Of a stretch of DNA of 64,000 nucleotides, positions 8,580 through 19,652 are shown piece after piece. This DNA comes from a virus. A program made the translations under genes and the position numbers. Below the pieces are notes generated by a model. The model made no database searches and was not told the origin of the DNA. It saw only the letters and a list, made by a program, of their open reading frames with translations. The DNA is taken from IMG/VR virus record IMGVR_UViG_3300046330_000229, positions 18,266-82,265 of that record. The stretch is one strand, 5' to 3'. Position 1 is the stretch's first letter; each line of letters starts with the position of its first letter.

Positions 8580-10550
8580 TTACTGTCTTGGTGGTTGGAT
8601 GTTAGGATTCATCTGTAAAGATGGATCTACTGCCGGAGCTTCTGGTACAGGTCCGGTGTTATCTGGTTCACTCATTGGTCCAGCTTCAGGAGACATTTGT
8701 CCCTGTACGTTCTGACCACCCTGTTCCGGTGGAGGTTGCATGCCAGCAAGACTAGGGATTTTTAAAATACTTAACAATCCTGGGTCTGTTGTTTTCATAA
8801 GATCGACATGCTCTAAAATATGTTGATAAACTAAATCAGCAACTTCACCTTCGCGTAAATCTGGATCAGCAATCACAGCTTGATGTTCTAAAATATGCTG
8901 TACGTGATCATCTAAGGCAATAGCTCTAACTGGAACACCTAACATCATCTTTTCATTTTCAGATAAAGCTAAAATAGTATGACGTTGAGTTGGATCGATC
9001 ATTACATCTAGTCTTCCTGATGTAAGTACCGTTAAATAGTCAGCAGGATTTTTGATGATACCGTATTGCAACATATCTGTAGCAATTTGAGCACGTCCTG
9101 CGTGAGTTTGAGACAACGGATTGGCAACTTCAACAGTGACGCGATTGATTTTATCTAGATCGTCACCAACAAATTGTTTCTCAATATAATTTTTATTAGC
9201 TAATCCACCAAGCATAACGATGCGAGGAGTGTTTGCAAATGTTTTCAATAAATTAATTACACCAGTTCCAACATCTTCCATCAAACGTATATATTGTTGC
9301 TGAAGACCTGACATGTATTGTAAAGATGTAGATTGAACTAGAGCTAAAGCTGTACCTGAACGTAAAGATGCTTCTGGATTTCCTCTGGTTACAGAAGATA
9401 CTCCAGAGATTGTTTCCATTTGTGTCTCTAACGTTTTAGCGAAATTAAATACTTCTGCTGGAGTGTTAGTGAAGTTGATAGGAACTGGAGCTTCGTTACC
9501 TTCAATGATGTTTAATCCACCTTCTAAAGATTTAGGCATAATATCAGATCCGCGTTTAACGAAAATACTTTGCACAGCAAATGCTGATTGATTAGAAAGA
9601 ATAGCAGAGTATGTAGCATTTAACGCATCTTGAATTTGTAGTAAAGGAAACATCGGAGAGTAACCAAAAGATGTACCCATAACGTCACGAGCTGCAACAC
9701 GGTAAATTGGTAAACCTGGATACGGATTAGCCATGTCCATTAACGTTGTTGTATCATCTACGAACAATAAATAACGACCATCAGGCATAGCGTCTGTTTT
9801 TTTATGAATAAATTCATATACAGCAATGTCATCTGTTCTATTTTCAGAGAATAAGTCCATACCATAATTAAAGTAATCGTCTGCTGGACGAACGTTCTTA
9901 ATTTTCTCAGCTTGATCAGGGTATTTAGCCATTAGGTCATATTTGTTTTTAAATGTACGGCATAAAACCCAGTCGTGTTCTTCTGACGAACGATTAACAT
10001 CAAACATAACATTGAAAGGTGTAATATTACGAAATTCAATATCACCTTCTTTAGTTTCAACGCCAGTTTCATCATCAATATCATAAACAGCACCAAGTGT
10101 AGCATTCCATTCCATTTTAATGTAACCAGTACCTAAAATAAGAGCAGATTCAACAGCCTTAGACAAATACTTCTCTAAGTTTTTTTCTCTCATGTAATAT
10201 TCAAGAAGAGAGGCAGCTAATTTGGATTGAATAATAGATTTACTGTCAGAATTAGAAGCTTTAGCAGCAAATGCCGGCTTATTAGCTGTAATCATGACGT
10301 GCATGTGTTGAGCAATATTACAATAGTGATTAATGTCTATTTTAGTAAGCTCGCCTTGTTCGCCACCAAAAGAAATTTTGTGTCCGTCTGAACCACTAAA
10401 CATTCCATGATAAGCTAAATACGAACGTTGTATTGTATCGAAGTAGTTATTAGAATATAACCCTTTGTACCAGTCATTAGCTCGACGAAGCAAATCCGAT
10501 GCTGTCGTATCCGAGTCCTGGGCTGCGAAGTACTTGTTTGAATCTGACAT
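8580..10550 (-). CDS. portal protein
   Basis: 656 aa directly after the terminase; LGTGYIKMEW, METISGVSSVTRG, SGTAL motifs typical of podovirus portals; Pro-rich tail. Confidence 0.85.
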   Translation of the reverse strand: MSDSNKYFAAQDSDTTASDLLRRANDWYKGLYSNNYFDTIQRSYLAYHGMFSGSDGHKISFGGEQGELTKIDINHYCNIAQHMHVMITANKPAFAAKASNSDSKSIIQSKLAASLLEYYMREKNLEKYLSKAVESALILGTGYIKMEWNATLGAVYDIDDETGVETKEGDIEFRNITPFNVMFDVNRSSEEHDWVLCRTFKNKYDLMAKYPDQAEKIKNVRPADDYFNYGMDLFSENRTDDIAVYEFIHKKTDAMPDGRYLLFVDDTTTLMDMANPYPGLPIYRVAARDVMGTSFGYSPMFPLLQIQDALNATYSAILSNQSAFAVQSIFVKRGSDIMPKSLEGGLNIIEGNEAPVPINFTNTPAEVFNFAKTLETQMETISGVSSVTRGNPEASLRSGTALALVQSTSLQYMSGLQQQYIRLMEDVGTGVINLLKTFANTPRIVMLGGLANKNYIEKQFVGDDLDKINRVTVEVANPLSQTHAGRAQIATDMLQYGIIKNPADYLTVLTSGRLDVMIDPTQRHTILALSENEKMMLGVPVRAIALDDHVQHILEHQAVIADPDLREGEVADLVYQHILEHVDLMKTTDPGLLSILKIPSLAGMQPPPEQGGQNVQGQMSPEAGPMSEPDNTGPVPEAPAVDPSLQMNPNIQPPRQ

Positions 10551-10569
10551 ATATACACATCCTTATATT

Positions 10570-10580
10570 ATATATGTTAA
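10570..10580 (-). promoter_or_regulatory. putative late promoter upstream of portal
   Basis: TTAACATATAT in the 34 bp terminase-portal gap. Confidence 0.65.
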
Positions 10581-10584
10581 ATTA

Positions 10585-12108
10585 CTAGCGTTTACGGCCT
10601 CTAAGTTTAGGGGTAAACAGCTCCTTGGCAAAAGTCTCAAATGGGGTCTTATTTGCGTCTTGCGGGTTCTGATTATAGAAGTAATTAGAGTTATAACCTT
10701 CTGATGGGTTAGGGTTTTTCTGAAAATTGACGTTACGACACAAGTACATAAGTGCAGCTATACCATCGTAGTGACCTTTATCGGGACTACGAGAGAAACT
10801 AGTCTTGGCTTTGTTCCAAGTACCTGATTTTAAATGCTTTATTAGGTTTACACACTTAGGATCTATGATGATTTTCTCCGATTTTATCAACATTCGCATG
10901 TTATTAAGGGCACCATCGAAGTTATCCTTGGCTGTAGGCATAAAAGTAAGATTGTGCTTTACTGACAAATCTTGTAATAAGATCAAATTATTGTTATCCG
11001 CCACTCTCAAATGTGGTTTATTGGGTTCACCTAGCTGAAAGTTGAAATAACTAGCTAGTTCCTTGTTTTTAACCTCTAAGGCTAAATTATCAGTAAGCAT
11101 TGACTTTCCTGATAGCACTAGTTCGTCTTTTATAACTAGTTTTGCATTTTGGAAATCATATAAAGCGAAAATAACAAAAGTTAAATCTTTAAAACCAATA
11201 TCCATAGATACGTAACCATCATAGTGCTGAGGGTTAATCCACGGTTTGATAATTTTATCTCGTAAAGCTTCGTTTGTAAACTCAGGCACAACGCAATTAT
11301 CTTCATCGACAACAATGTTACACAAATACTCTCGTTGAAAAGAAGAAGACTCTAAACCACCAATAGGTGCTGCTATTTCTTTAGCAATATACTCGCGTGT
11401 GTCTGTGTAACCGCTATCGATAGCATCGTTATCCATACGTTCATTGTCGTAAATAGTATATTTAATTAGTTTATCATTAAATTCGTAATCATTCATGTAC
11501 TTAATGAAATCATGATCATTAGTTTTAGATGGAGTTGAAGCCATTAGGATTTTTTTACCCTTTGTACCTGTACCTCGAGTGATAGTTGGTAGCAAAATAG
11601 ACTTGATGATGTATTCTAAGTCATGACAGAAGCCCGCCTCATCAACGATACACAGATCTGCGGAGATACCACGTACCTTTTCAGCATTACCCTTTTCAGT
11701 ACCAGCCAGATGTATCTCCGAACCATTCATTTCAAAGACAATCTTACCTTCATTAGCTTTATATTTAATTTTATCACGAATATTCTTTGGACAGTCTTCC
11801 AAAATAGCTCTGAAATTAGGCAAAACTACGGTCTTAAGATCTTTTGCTGTAGGAGCAAGGTATTTAACAATAGCGTTAGGTTTTTTTAGACACAATTCAA
11901 TAGCTGTAGTCAATAAAGCGAAGGTTTTACCCCATGCACGAGAACAAGCAACTACCATAATCTTATCGGTGCTATTATGTAGCTTATTGTACATATCTTT
12001 TTGTGTTCTATGCAATTTATAAGTTAAATTAGGAATAGCCCAAAGCTTAGCAATTGCTGCTGCCTTAGAAATAGCAGGACTATTCTTTTCTGGTGGCTGC
12101 TGCGACAA
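10585..12108 (-). CDS. terL: terminase large subunit
   Basis: Walker A SRAWGKT, Walker B IVDEAG, motif III ASTP, FQREYLC, nuclease MDIG and HYDGIAAL. Confidence 0.92.
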   Translation of the reverse strand: MSQQPPEKNSPAISKAAAIAKLWAIPNLTYKLHRTQKDMYNKLHNSTDKIMVVACSRAWGKTFALLTTAIELCLKKPNAIVKYLAPTAKDLKTVVLPNFRAILEDCPKNIRDKIKYKANEGKIVFEMNGSEIHLAGTEKGNAEKVRGISADLCIVDEAGFCHDLEYIIKSILLPTITRGTGTKGKKILMASTPSKTNDHDFIKYMNDYEFNDKLIKYTIYDNERMDNDAIDSGYTDTREYIAKEIAAPIGGLESSSFQREYLCNIVVDEDNCVVPEFTNEALRDKIIKPWINPQHYDGYVSMDIGFKDLTFVIFALYDFQNAKLVIKDELVLSGKSMLTDNLALEVKNKELASYFNFQLGEPNKPHLRVADNNNLILLQDLSVKHNLTFMPTAKDNFDGALNNMRMLIKSEKIIIDPKCVNLIKHLKSGTWNKAKTSFSRSPDKGHYDGIAALMYLCRNVNFQKNPNPSEGYNSNYFYNQNPQDANKTPFETFAKELFTPKLRGRKR

Positions 12109-12493
12109 GATCTACCTCACTGACATCACGAAAATCAACGTTAGTTGTGTTTTCTGTGGGTTGAGAACGAATCAATCTTAAATTCTTAATCAATAAATCT
12201 AATTTTTTAACATCATTGATGTCTAGTTCTCTAGTTTTAGACCGTTCTTTAAGAATACCAATTTGTTCTACACAAATTAGTTCTTCTTCGTTACCGTGTC
12301 CACCAATAATTAATGATGGGTTGTTTTTTAATAAATCATTTGCGTGTTCTAATTGCTTTTTTAACTGTTCGCATTCACGCATAAACTTTTCAAGCAGCTC
12401 TTGTTGTTTTTGTACAAACTCTTTCACGTCTTTAGGTTTAGATTTTTCGAGAAACTCCTTACGAAGTTCTTCGATACTAATTATATTAGACAT
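12080..12493 (-). CDS. coiled-coil protein, possible terminase small subunit
   Basis: 137 aa helical protein overlapping the terL start; positional call only. Confidence 0.4.
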   Translation of the reverse strand: MSNIISIEELRKEFLEKSKPKDVKEFVQKQQELLEKFMRECEQLKKQLEHANDLLKNNPSLIIGGHGNEEELICVEQIGILKERSKTRELDINDVKKLDLLIKNLRLIRSQPTENTTNVDFRDVSEVDLVAAATRKE

Positions 12494-12771
12494 TAGAAGT
12501 ACCGTTGATTCTCTTTAGGTAGCGGTTTTAAGTTATTTTTTACAGCAATACCACTAAGAGTGTCTCGCATTTGCTCTAACTCAGCCTTAACTTGTTGATC
12601 TAACGGTTTAATAGCTTTACTGTCTAAGTATTTACTATAAGCGTAAAGTCCTGTAAGGCTTATACCAAATATAGCCATAGGGAACGATGCGTCAGCAAAC
12701 AACATACGTATAGAAATTAGACAAATCAAAGCCAAAGATACATTAATTTTTTTAATATGATCCATAAACAT
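12493..12771 (-). CDS. small membrane protein, first gene of the late operon
   Basis: Two N-terminal hydrophobic helices followed by a coiled coil. Confidence 0.6.
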   Translation of the reverse strand: MFMDHIKKINVSLALICLISIRMLFADASFPMAIFGISLTGLYAYSKYLDSKAIKPLDQQVKAELEQMRDTLSGIAVKNNLKPLPKENQRYF

Positions 12772-12861
12772 CCTTATTTTTAGATAACATGAACTTTTCG
12801 TGCGTCTATATTGCTTATAAGCATTGTGATAACGTCACATTACGCGTACTTCGTCTTCTAC

Positions 12862-12882
12862 TATCTACTATATATGTTAAAT
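12862..12882 (-). promoter_or_regulatory. putative late promoter heading the packaging operon
   Basis: 21 bp identical to 2183-2203; back-to-back with a divergent sigma70 promoter. Confidence 0.7.
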
Positions 12883-12888
12883 AAACAC

Positions 12889-12917
12889 TTGACAAAGCTT
12901 AAATTATATGATACAGT
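12889..12917 (+). promoter_or_regulatory. sigma70 promoter
   Basis: TTGACA-17-TACAGT with TGn extension. Confidence 0.75.
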
Positions 12918-12947
12918 GTAATAAACATAAAACAAGGAGATGGAATT

Positions 12948-13766
12948 TTGAACAAAGCTATTATTATCGGAGTATTAGGAGTAACGTTACTCGCGGGCAC
13001 TGTTGTAGTCAGTGGAAACTCGTCAACACCAGAAGTATCAACAACATTAATTAATGTACCGCAGTTAGGTGGAACTGAAACTTCCAGCAAGCCTGGATCA
13101 CAAGAGGGAACTGTAGTACCAACCACAGTAAGCGTTACAAAAATTAGCGTGGATTCATCAGCGGTGTTGAAATTTAATGTCCCAGTCGTAACTGAATCAG
13201 TAGATATTGCTATTGACTTCTTATCCAAGTCAACTGCTGATAAGATCTATTTAGAATTAGACAGTCCTGGCGGTAGTGTGGTTGACGGTGCACGTTTAAT
13301 TGAGTACATTAAACATTCTAAAAAGAATATCTACACGGTGTGTAACAATTTTTGCGCGTCTATGGCGTTTCATATTTTTCAAACAGGCAAAGAGCGTCTT
13401 TTAGTTGACAAAGCTATTTTGATGGCGCATCCTGCGTCTGGTGGCGCACAGGGTACTTTAGAAAATATGAGTGAACAGTTAAAAATGTTCCGACTATACG
13501 TTGATCGGATGGACGCTGATGTTGCTAAGCGTGCTAAAATTGACTACAGTGTATTTAAAACTATGGTGGCTAACAATTTATGGGTAGAAACTCCTGAAGC
13601 TCTTGCTCTATCTCTTGCTGACAAAGTTGTACACTTAGAAGTTAATTATTCTGGATTTTCTGGAGATCGAGAATCGGTAACGGATGTTATGCAGATTATG
13701 CGCGATAAAAAATTATGGAATGATCGCATTTCTAATATTAAAGGTTATCAGTTCATTTTAAAATAG
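12948..13766 (+). CDS. ClpP/S49-like serine protease with N-terminal signal or membrane anchor
   Basis: LDSPGGSV, CASMA (Ser), MAHPAS (His); hydrophobic N-terminus plus Ser/Thr linker. Confidence 0.8.
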   Translation: MNKAIIIGVLGVTLLAGTVVVSGNSSTPEVSTTLINVPQLGGTETSSKPGSQEGTVVPTTVSVTKISVDSSAVLKFNVPVVTESVDIAIDFLSKSTADKIYLELDSPGGSVVDGARLIEYIKHSKKNIYTVCNNFCASMAFHIFQTGKERLLVDKAILMAHPASGGAQGTLENMSEQLKMFRLYVDRMDADVAKRAKIDYSVFKTMVANNLWVETPEALALSLADKVVHLEVNYSGFSGDRESVTDVMQIMRDKKLWNDRISNIKGYQFILK

Positions 13767-14029
13767 TTTTTGACGGGATGTGATCGTGAACATAGCTGGT
13801 AATGTAAATAAATTAAAAGCGATATCTGAAAAACTCAACATGATAGACATCTCTCTATCATGTCCCGTTGTTACCTCACAAGCATATAGAACGCAAGTGT
13901 CATTACAGTATGATTACTTTATGGAATTTATAGGATTGTACGAAGATACGCAAAATTATCTAGACGAACAAGAACAGACGTTGGATATTCGTAGATATAA
14001 AAAAGAATTAAATCAATTTTGGAGAATGT

Positions 14030-14554
14030 ATGAAATTTAAAGTTGGAGACGTTGTTACAGCAAAGGACTACGGCATTGAAGCTGGGTATGTTTTGACTTC
14101 TTTCATGGACGGTTCATCTGAAGTTTATGAAATTAAAACTACTAACGGGTCTATGTATTTTGATGGCAACACCTTAAGTCTATACACTCCTCCTATGATA
14201 GAAATCACAGATACGAACACTTCTGAAGGTGTTAAATTTGACCAAGGTAAGCCTGATTTAACCGACATTCCTTTAGAGGCTATGTGGGAAATGGGAAAAG
14301 CTTTTACCTACGGTCAGAAAAAGTACGGCAAATCAAACTATCGCAAAGGTATGTTGGTTTCTAGACAACTTGCTGCAGCAATACGACATGTGTATCAGCA
14401 CTTAGACGGAGAGACTATTGATCCCGAATCTTCTGCTTTTCATCTCGGGCACGCGTTGGCTAGTATTTCAATGGCTATTTATAATTTAAAAAACAACCCA
14501 CATTTAGACGACAGGTTTCCTGGGGATTTGAAAAAACATGAAACAAGTAAATAA
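14030..14554 (+). CDS. dATP/dGTP diphosphohydrolase (DUF5664-like)
   Basis: GVKFDQGKP, YGQKKYG..NYRKG, AAIRH, DPES..HLGHA signature. Confidence 0.85.
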   Translation: MKFKVGDVVTAKDYGIEAGYVLTSFMDGSSEVYEIKTTNGSMYFDGNTLSLYTPPMIEITDTNTSEGVKFDQGKPDLTDIPLEAMWEMGKAFTYGQKKYGKSNYRKGMLVSRQLAAAIRHVYQHLDGETIDPESSAFHLGHALASISMAIYNLKNNPHLDDRFPGDLKKHETSK

Positions 14555-16355
14555 ATTTATTAAGTTCTGGAACGTTGTTCTGTTATTTATCCCATTTTAC
14601 TTAGCATTTGCTGTACATAGTCCTACCAAAGTTGCATACATTAACAATACGATATGTTCATATCTTTATGTTATAAGTGCTTTTATTTTAAATGAAGTAA
14701 TTCTTAATATAGCATTATCAATTAGGAGTATTTTTGGATCTTAAAGGTAAATTCATTAAACACGAACTGAGTATGGACGTTTGTTACAAAGTACTTAACG
14801 ATGATGAAAACGACGTACTGGTTGACGCATGGAATATGGGTCAAACATCAGCGTATCCTATTGGTGAAACTTTTACACTAGTGAAGAATTTGCTTGACAA
14901 AAAATGGTTTGTGTGTGATAATGATAAGTATATATTAGATAATAATCTTTCTTTTTCGGAGGCAAAATGGACGCGATTAGGTACGTAGCTATTAAACTTG
15001 AAACAGGACTTAACGGTTTTGTTGATACTATTCAAAACACTTTATGTGATATGATGGGTATTAACGAGACGCCTGTAATAGATAATGAAATTAAAAAAAC
15101 ATACAGATTGAATCGTATTATTTCTTATTTTAAAGGTAACATTGATTCTCAGTACATTCTTAAAACGGATAAGGACGAAGCAACGTTATACACTAGCGAA
15201 CTAGATACATCTTGGTGGAAAGCAAAAACTCCTTTAATGAAAGTAAAATCTAACGGAAATGGCATTACCGTAACACATAGACCTGGAGATGTTAGAAGTA
15301 AATTTAAAAAATTCGAACTAAATTATGCTGACGCTGAATATCTATTAATTCTGTTAAAATCTTTAGATTATGGTCAACACACTAAGCACAGAAAGATCGA
15401 GTACTAGTATGAAGTTCGAGATAAATAAGATGTATAAAAATCTTTATAAAGATGAAAAAATGGCATTCATTGTTGACGAAGTTTTAGGTCAAGGTGCTAA
15501 CGGATCAGATCTAGTAGTGACGTGGTATCAACAAACTGATAACGGTAGATACATTAGCATAGGTATTGATGGAGAATTTCATATTCCCAAAGATAGCGTT
15601 ATGTATTATATGGAAATTTAATGTTTAATAATAAGCGGTTTATACAAACAGTAGTTGATTTTATTAAAGCACATCCGCTTTCTTTATCTATGTATGCAGA
15701 AGATGTTACTAGAGACGGCATAAAAAATGAAAATACAAAAATTAGAATTTTATCAAACGATGACGATAGAGACCTCTACATAATACTAACCGTAGATTTT
15801 TCAGGTAACATAGTACAGGTCAACGGGGTGGATATTGACTTACAATTTGTGACAGAACTTCAGTCATTAATAGAAGAGTCTGTTATAAATAAATACCAAG
15901 TAATTGAGAAACTTAATAGAATAGGAGCTTTAGAATGAAATGCACAGCTTTTGATAGATTTAAAAAAAGACTACAAATTGAAGTATTAGACGGCGCAGAA
16001 GAGACCGTTATCACACAAACTGTAGGCGGGCGCGATTACAACGTTACATTTATTCTTCAGTTTTACGATATGAAACAAAAGCCTATTTACGTAGAAAAAA
16101 AACGAGAACCTGCGGACGGACAGAAAGACAAAAATGATTAAATATACATTAATTTTTACTTTACTTTATAGTAACCACTCTACGGCTGAAACGTGGAATT
16201 ATAAAAACGGCATGAGCATTACAGCAAAAGATTATAAATCTGCCGCAAAAGAGTGCTACAGAAAACTTACTGGCGGTAAATACGTAGGCGAAGAAGCTTC
16301 GCTAAATATTATCGATTTGTGTGTAAACCCTAAATCCTTTCAAGGAGTAAAGTAA
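14538..16355 (+). other. run of about 7 small hypothetical genes
   Basis: Tightly packed plus-strand ORFs at 14538, 14734, 14967, 15409, 15621, 15935 and 16134 (last has a signal peptide and a Cys pair). Confidence 0.6.
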
Positions 16356-16356
16356 C

Positions 16357-17319
16357 ATGTCTAGTGTATTTCAAAAACATTCCGGTAAATATTTATTGGC
16401 TAGCAAATCTGAGATATTTGAGGAACTTCCATCTGACGTATATACCGTACAAAACACACGTGAAGGTGTATTCTTTACACCATTAAAAATTCAAAAAGAT
16501 TCTTTAATCCGCGTACCAAATTCTATCACTGATGAAGTTGTGTCTTTTATTGAAAACTTTACAAAACAAGAAACAAAAGAACGATATAAACAGTGTAAAA
16601 TTACACACAAAACTGCGGTATTGTTACACGGAACTGCTGGATCAGGTAAGTCTGGAACATTAAATCTAATTATAGATGATATAGTAAGAACCGGCGGCAT
16701 TGTTCTTTTTGACACTGATCCTAAGTTAGTTGCAGCCATTTTACCCGCTTTACGCGAACAAAATCCTGAAAAACTTATTTGTGTGGTGTATGAAGAGTTT
16801 GATGAATGGTTGCAGTCAAGTCAATCCACTATTAATTCTTTTCTTGACGGACAATTAAGCGTTAATAATATGGTAGTGTTAGCCACTACAAATTATTTAT
16901 CGCGCATTCCTAGTAGGATTAAAAATAGACCATCGCGATTTCAACTAGTGAAAGAAATTGGCGTACCGTCTGCTGAATTTAGACAAGAATGGTTATCTCG
17001 CAAGCTAGAAGAAATTGGTCAATCTGATAAGTTGGCGGAAATGGTACAAGTATCTGACGGTATGGTTGTGGATCAAATGAAAGATTTAATTGTATCACAC
17101 ATCGCTTTGCAGATTCCTTTGCACGAGGTGGTGAAAAAGTTACAGGACATGTCTTCTAACGCAGCAGGCATGGACGACTACAATGACTTCGAAACGCAGA
17201 AGCATATAAATGCTTCAAATGAACGTTTTAAGCTAGAAAAGGTTTTTAAAGCTCTTTCTGTACCTAATATAGTGTCTTTGTCATCTCAAAATGAACCAGA
17301 AGAGCCTACGGATTGGTAG
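16357..17319 (+). CDS. AAA+ ATPase
   Basis: Walker A GTAGSGKS, Walker B VVYEE, ATTN sensor, RPSRF arginine finger. Confidence 0.85.
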   Translation: MSSVFQKHSGKYLLASKSEIFEELPSDVYTVQNTREGVFFTPLKIQKDSLIRVPNSITDEVVSFIENFTKQETKERYKQCKITHKTAVLLHGTAGSGKSGTLNLIIDDIVRTGGIVLFDTDPKLVAAILPALREQNPEKLICVVYEEFDEWLQSSQSTINSFLDGQLSVNNMVVLATTNYLSRIPSRIKNRPSRFQLVKEIGVPSAEFRQEWLSRKLEEIGQSDKLAEMVQVSDGMVVDQMKDLIVSHIALQIPLHEVVKKLQDMSSNAAGMDDYNDFETQKHINASNERFKLEKVFKALSVPNIVSLSSQNEPEEPTDW

Positions 17320-17334
17320 AATTAAAAATAATAC

Positions 17335-17363
17335 TTGACAAACCATAAAAAGTAGTTTATTCT
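17335..17363 (+). promoter_or_regulatory. sigma70 promoter for the MoxR/vWA/array operon
   Basis: TTGACA-17-TATTCT, followed by AGGAG SD. Confidence 0.75.
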
Positions 17364-17397
17364 AAGTTAAACAAACAAAGAAGTAGGAGTACCTTCG

Positions 17398-18465
17398 ATG
17401 AATATTAAAGAATTAAAACAGTTTTTACCATACGCATTAACAGTGAAAGCTTCCGTTATGATTAACGGTTTACACGGCATTGGTAAGTCTCAGCTAGTAA
17501 AACAATTTGCTGACGAGAATGGATTAGATTTTATCGACATCCGATTATCACAAATTGATGCTACAGATTTGATCGGTTTACCTGATGTGTCAGGTGAAAC
17601 TACTAAATTCAAGCCGCCAGCTTGGTTACCTCAAGACCCAAATTCTAAAGGTATTTTATTTCTAGACGAATTATTTCGCGGTCGTCGTGACGTATTACAG
17701 GCTGTCTTTCAATTAGTACTAGACAGAAAGACCGCTTCTTATTGTCTACCTGAAGGATGGCACGTTGTGTCAGCGAACAATCCCTCGACTGACGACTACG
17801 ACGTAACTAACGTATTTGACGCTGCACTATTAGACCGTTTCTTACATATTAAACTTGAGCCAACAAAAGCTGAATGGTTTGATTACGTAAAGAAAGATGA
17901 ATCAGTTGATCAGATGTTTGTTGAATACCTACAAACACAAGAAGGTATGATTGAAGACTCCACACTAAAAGCTGCTGACTTTAAACGTAAACCTTCACGC
18001 CGATCTAATCACTTGGCTGGGCGCTTATTAAAAACAGGACTACCTTCAAATCTAATGATCGAAGCTATTGCCGGACTTGTTGGTATCGAATCAGCCATCG
18101 CTTTTGATGCTTATAAAAAAGATAACGAAACTGCCCCGTTTAAACCAGAAGAAATCTTAACTAAACTTAAAGATATTAAAGATAAAGTAGTTAAGTATGC
18201 TGACATGGAAAAGGGTAGACATGACGTACTAACTGTGTCTTTAGACAACTTACGTATGGCTATTGAACAAAAGCAGCCTACAGTTAAACAAACCGACAAT
18301 CTAGTTGTTTTCTTAAAACTTATTCCTAAAGATATGTCTGTTGGATTTGTTCGAACACTTGCTGTAAGTAATATTAAAGAAGTTACGGCATACTGTTTAG
18401 AAGTATTGTTCAAACACCCAGACATTGATGAAGCATTAGGTTTACCAGCAAAAGAGAAAGCTTAG
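17398..18465 (+). CDS. MoxR-type AAA+ ATPase
   Basis: GLHGIGKS, DLIGLP, ILFLDE, SANNP, ALLDRF, PSRRS; paired with a vWA gene. Confidence 0.85.
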   Translation: MNIKELKQFLPYALTVKASVMINGLHGIGKSQLVKQFADENGLDFIDIRLSQIDATDLIGLPDVSGETTKFKPPAWLPQDPNSKGILFLDELFRGRRDVLQAVFQLVLDRKTASYCLPEGWHVVSANNPSTDDYDVTNVFDAALLDRFLHIKLEPTKAEWFDYVKKDESVDQMFVEYLQTQEGMIEDSTLKAADFKRKPSRRSNHLAGRLLKTGLPSNLMIEAIAGLVGIESAIAFDAYKKDNETAPFKPEEILTKLKDIKDKVVKYADMEKGRHDVLTVSLDNLRMAIEQKQPTVKQTDNLVVFLKLIPKDMSVGFVRTLAVSNIKEVTAYCLEVLFKHPDIDEALGLPAKEKA

Positions 18466-18473
18466 TACTTAAT

Positions 18474-19652
18474 ATGAAAAATAATCCATTAACTGACACA
18501 GTGTCGTCTATGTTATCCGAATTTCCATACTACGCACAACTGCTGTTGTGTATGGATAGACGATTAACAGACCAAGTACCGATTGCTGGAGTATCCTTCA
18601 AACACGGTCGAGTTACTTTACACATTAACCCTAATACGTTTAATACGCTAACACCGTCACAACGTAAAGGGGTTTTATTACACGAATGTTGTCATATTAT
18701 TTATAATCATTTCGGTAGATTTGAATTAAATAACAAAACTAACATTGCTACTGATCGCGTAATTAATGAAATAGTTAATAAGGTGTACTACGATAGTATT
18801 CCCGATGTATTAAATGTAGAAGGTATTGGTGACGTTAGACCGATTACGCCGCTTAATTTTAAAAGCTATTTAAAACCTAATACTCCAGTTCTTGAATTTC
18901 AACCAGCAGAGTATTATTTAAGTCTTCTTAATACAGAAGGTAACGGTAAAGCTGACGAGCCTCAAGAATTTAATTTTGATGATCATTCTGGTATGGATTC
19001 AGAAGGTGACGGAGCGGGATCAGCAAATGAAGTGATTAAACAACAAATTCGTGCTATTTTAAATAAAGCTAAGGAAAAAACTAAAGCTATGGCTGGCAAT
19101 ATTCCTTCAGATGTTCTACTAGCCTTAGATGCTATGAATAATGATACGCTGCCGTGGAATGCTGTACTACGTAAATTTATTGATAAAGCTACAGACGTTG
19201 TTCTTGATGGATCTAGAAAAAAAAGAAATAGACGCACAGGCTTACTAGCTCCAGGAATTATTAAAGAGCCTAAGTTAAAAATTGGTGTAGCTATGGATAC
19301 ATCTGGTAGTGTTAGTGACGATTTTATTTCTGCATTTTTAGGAGAACTAGATAAAATTTACGGTACAGGTATTACTGATATCCGTGTAACTTTTGGTGAT
19401 ACAGTACCGAACGATGTTGTACAATATAAGCCTAGAACTAAAATGAACATGTCTGGACGTGGCGGTACGTTATTTCAACCATTCTTGGATAAGTTAAATG
19501 ACGAAGATGTTGATGTAATTGTTTACTTCACTGATGGCGATAATTATGATACTATTCAAACAAAAATTCCCGTGTTATGGTGTCTATGTCCTAACTATTC
19601 AATACCTAAAGGCGCTAAAGAGCGCGACTGTGTGAAGATGAAACTTGGCTAG
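18474..19652 (+). CDS. metallopeptidase-vWA protein (DUF2201-like)
   Basis: LLHECCH zincin motif; MIDAS DTSGS, GGT, FTDG. Confidence 0.85.
   Translation: MKNNPLTDTVSSMLSEFPYYAQLLLCMDRRLTDQVPIAGVSFKHGRVTLHINPNTFNTLTPSQRKGVLLHECCHIIYNHFGRFELNNKTNIATDRVINEIVNKVYYDSIPDVLNVEGIGDVRPITPLNFKSYLKPNTPVLEFQPAEYYLSLLNTEGNGKADEPQEFNFDDHSGMDSEGDGAGSANEVIKQQIRAILNKAKEKTKAMAGNIPSDVLLALDAMNNDTLPWNAVLRKFIDKATDVVLDGSRKKRNRRTGLLAPGIIKEPKLKIGVAMDTSGSVSDDFISAFLGELDKIYGTGITDIRVTFGDTVPNDVVQYKPRTKMNMSGRGGTLFQPFLDKLNDEDVDVIVYFTDGDNYDTIQTKIPVLWCLCPNYSIPKGAKERDCVKMKLG

Noticed and set aside
14030-14554. Z-genome (2-aminoadenine) pathway
   Set aside because: DUF5664 alone is widespread, and no PurZ or DatZ is recognisable in the window.
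16357-18465. AAA+ proteins as phage-encoded sigma54 activators
   Set aside because: No GAFTGA loop in these two ATPases or in the one at 31375-32397.
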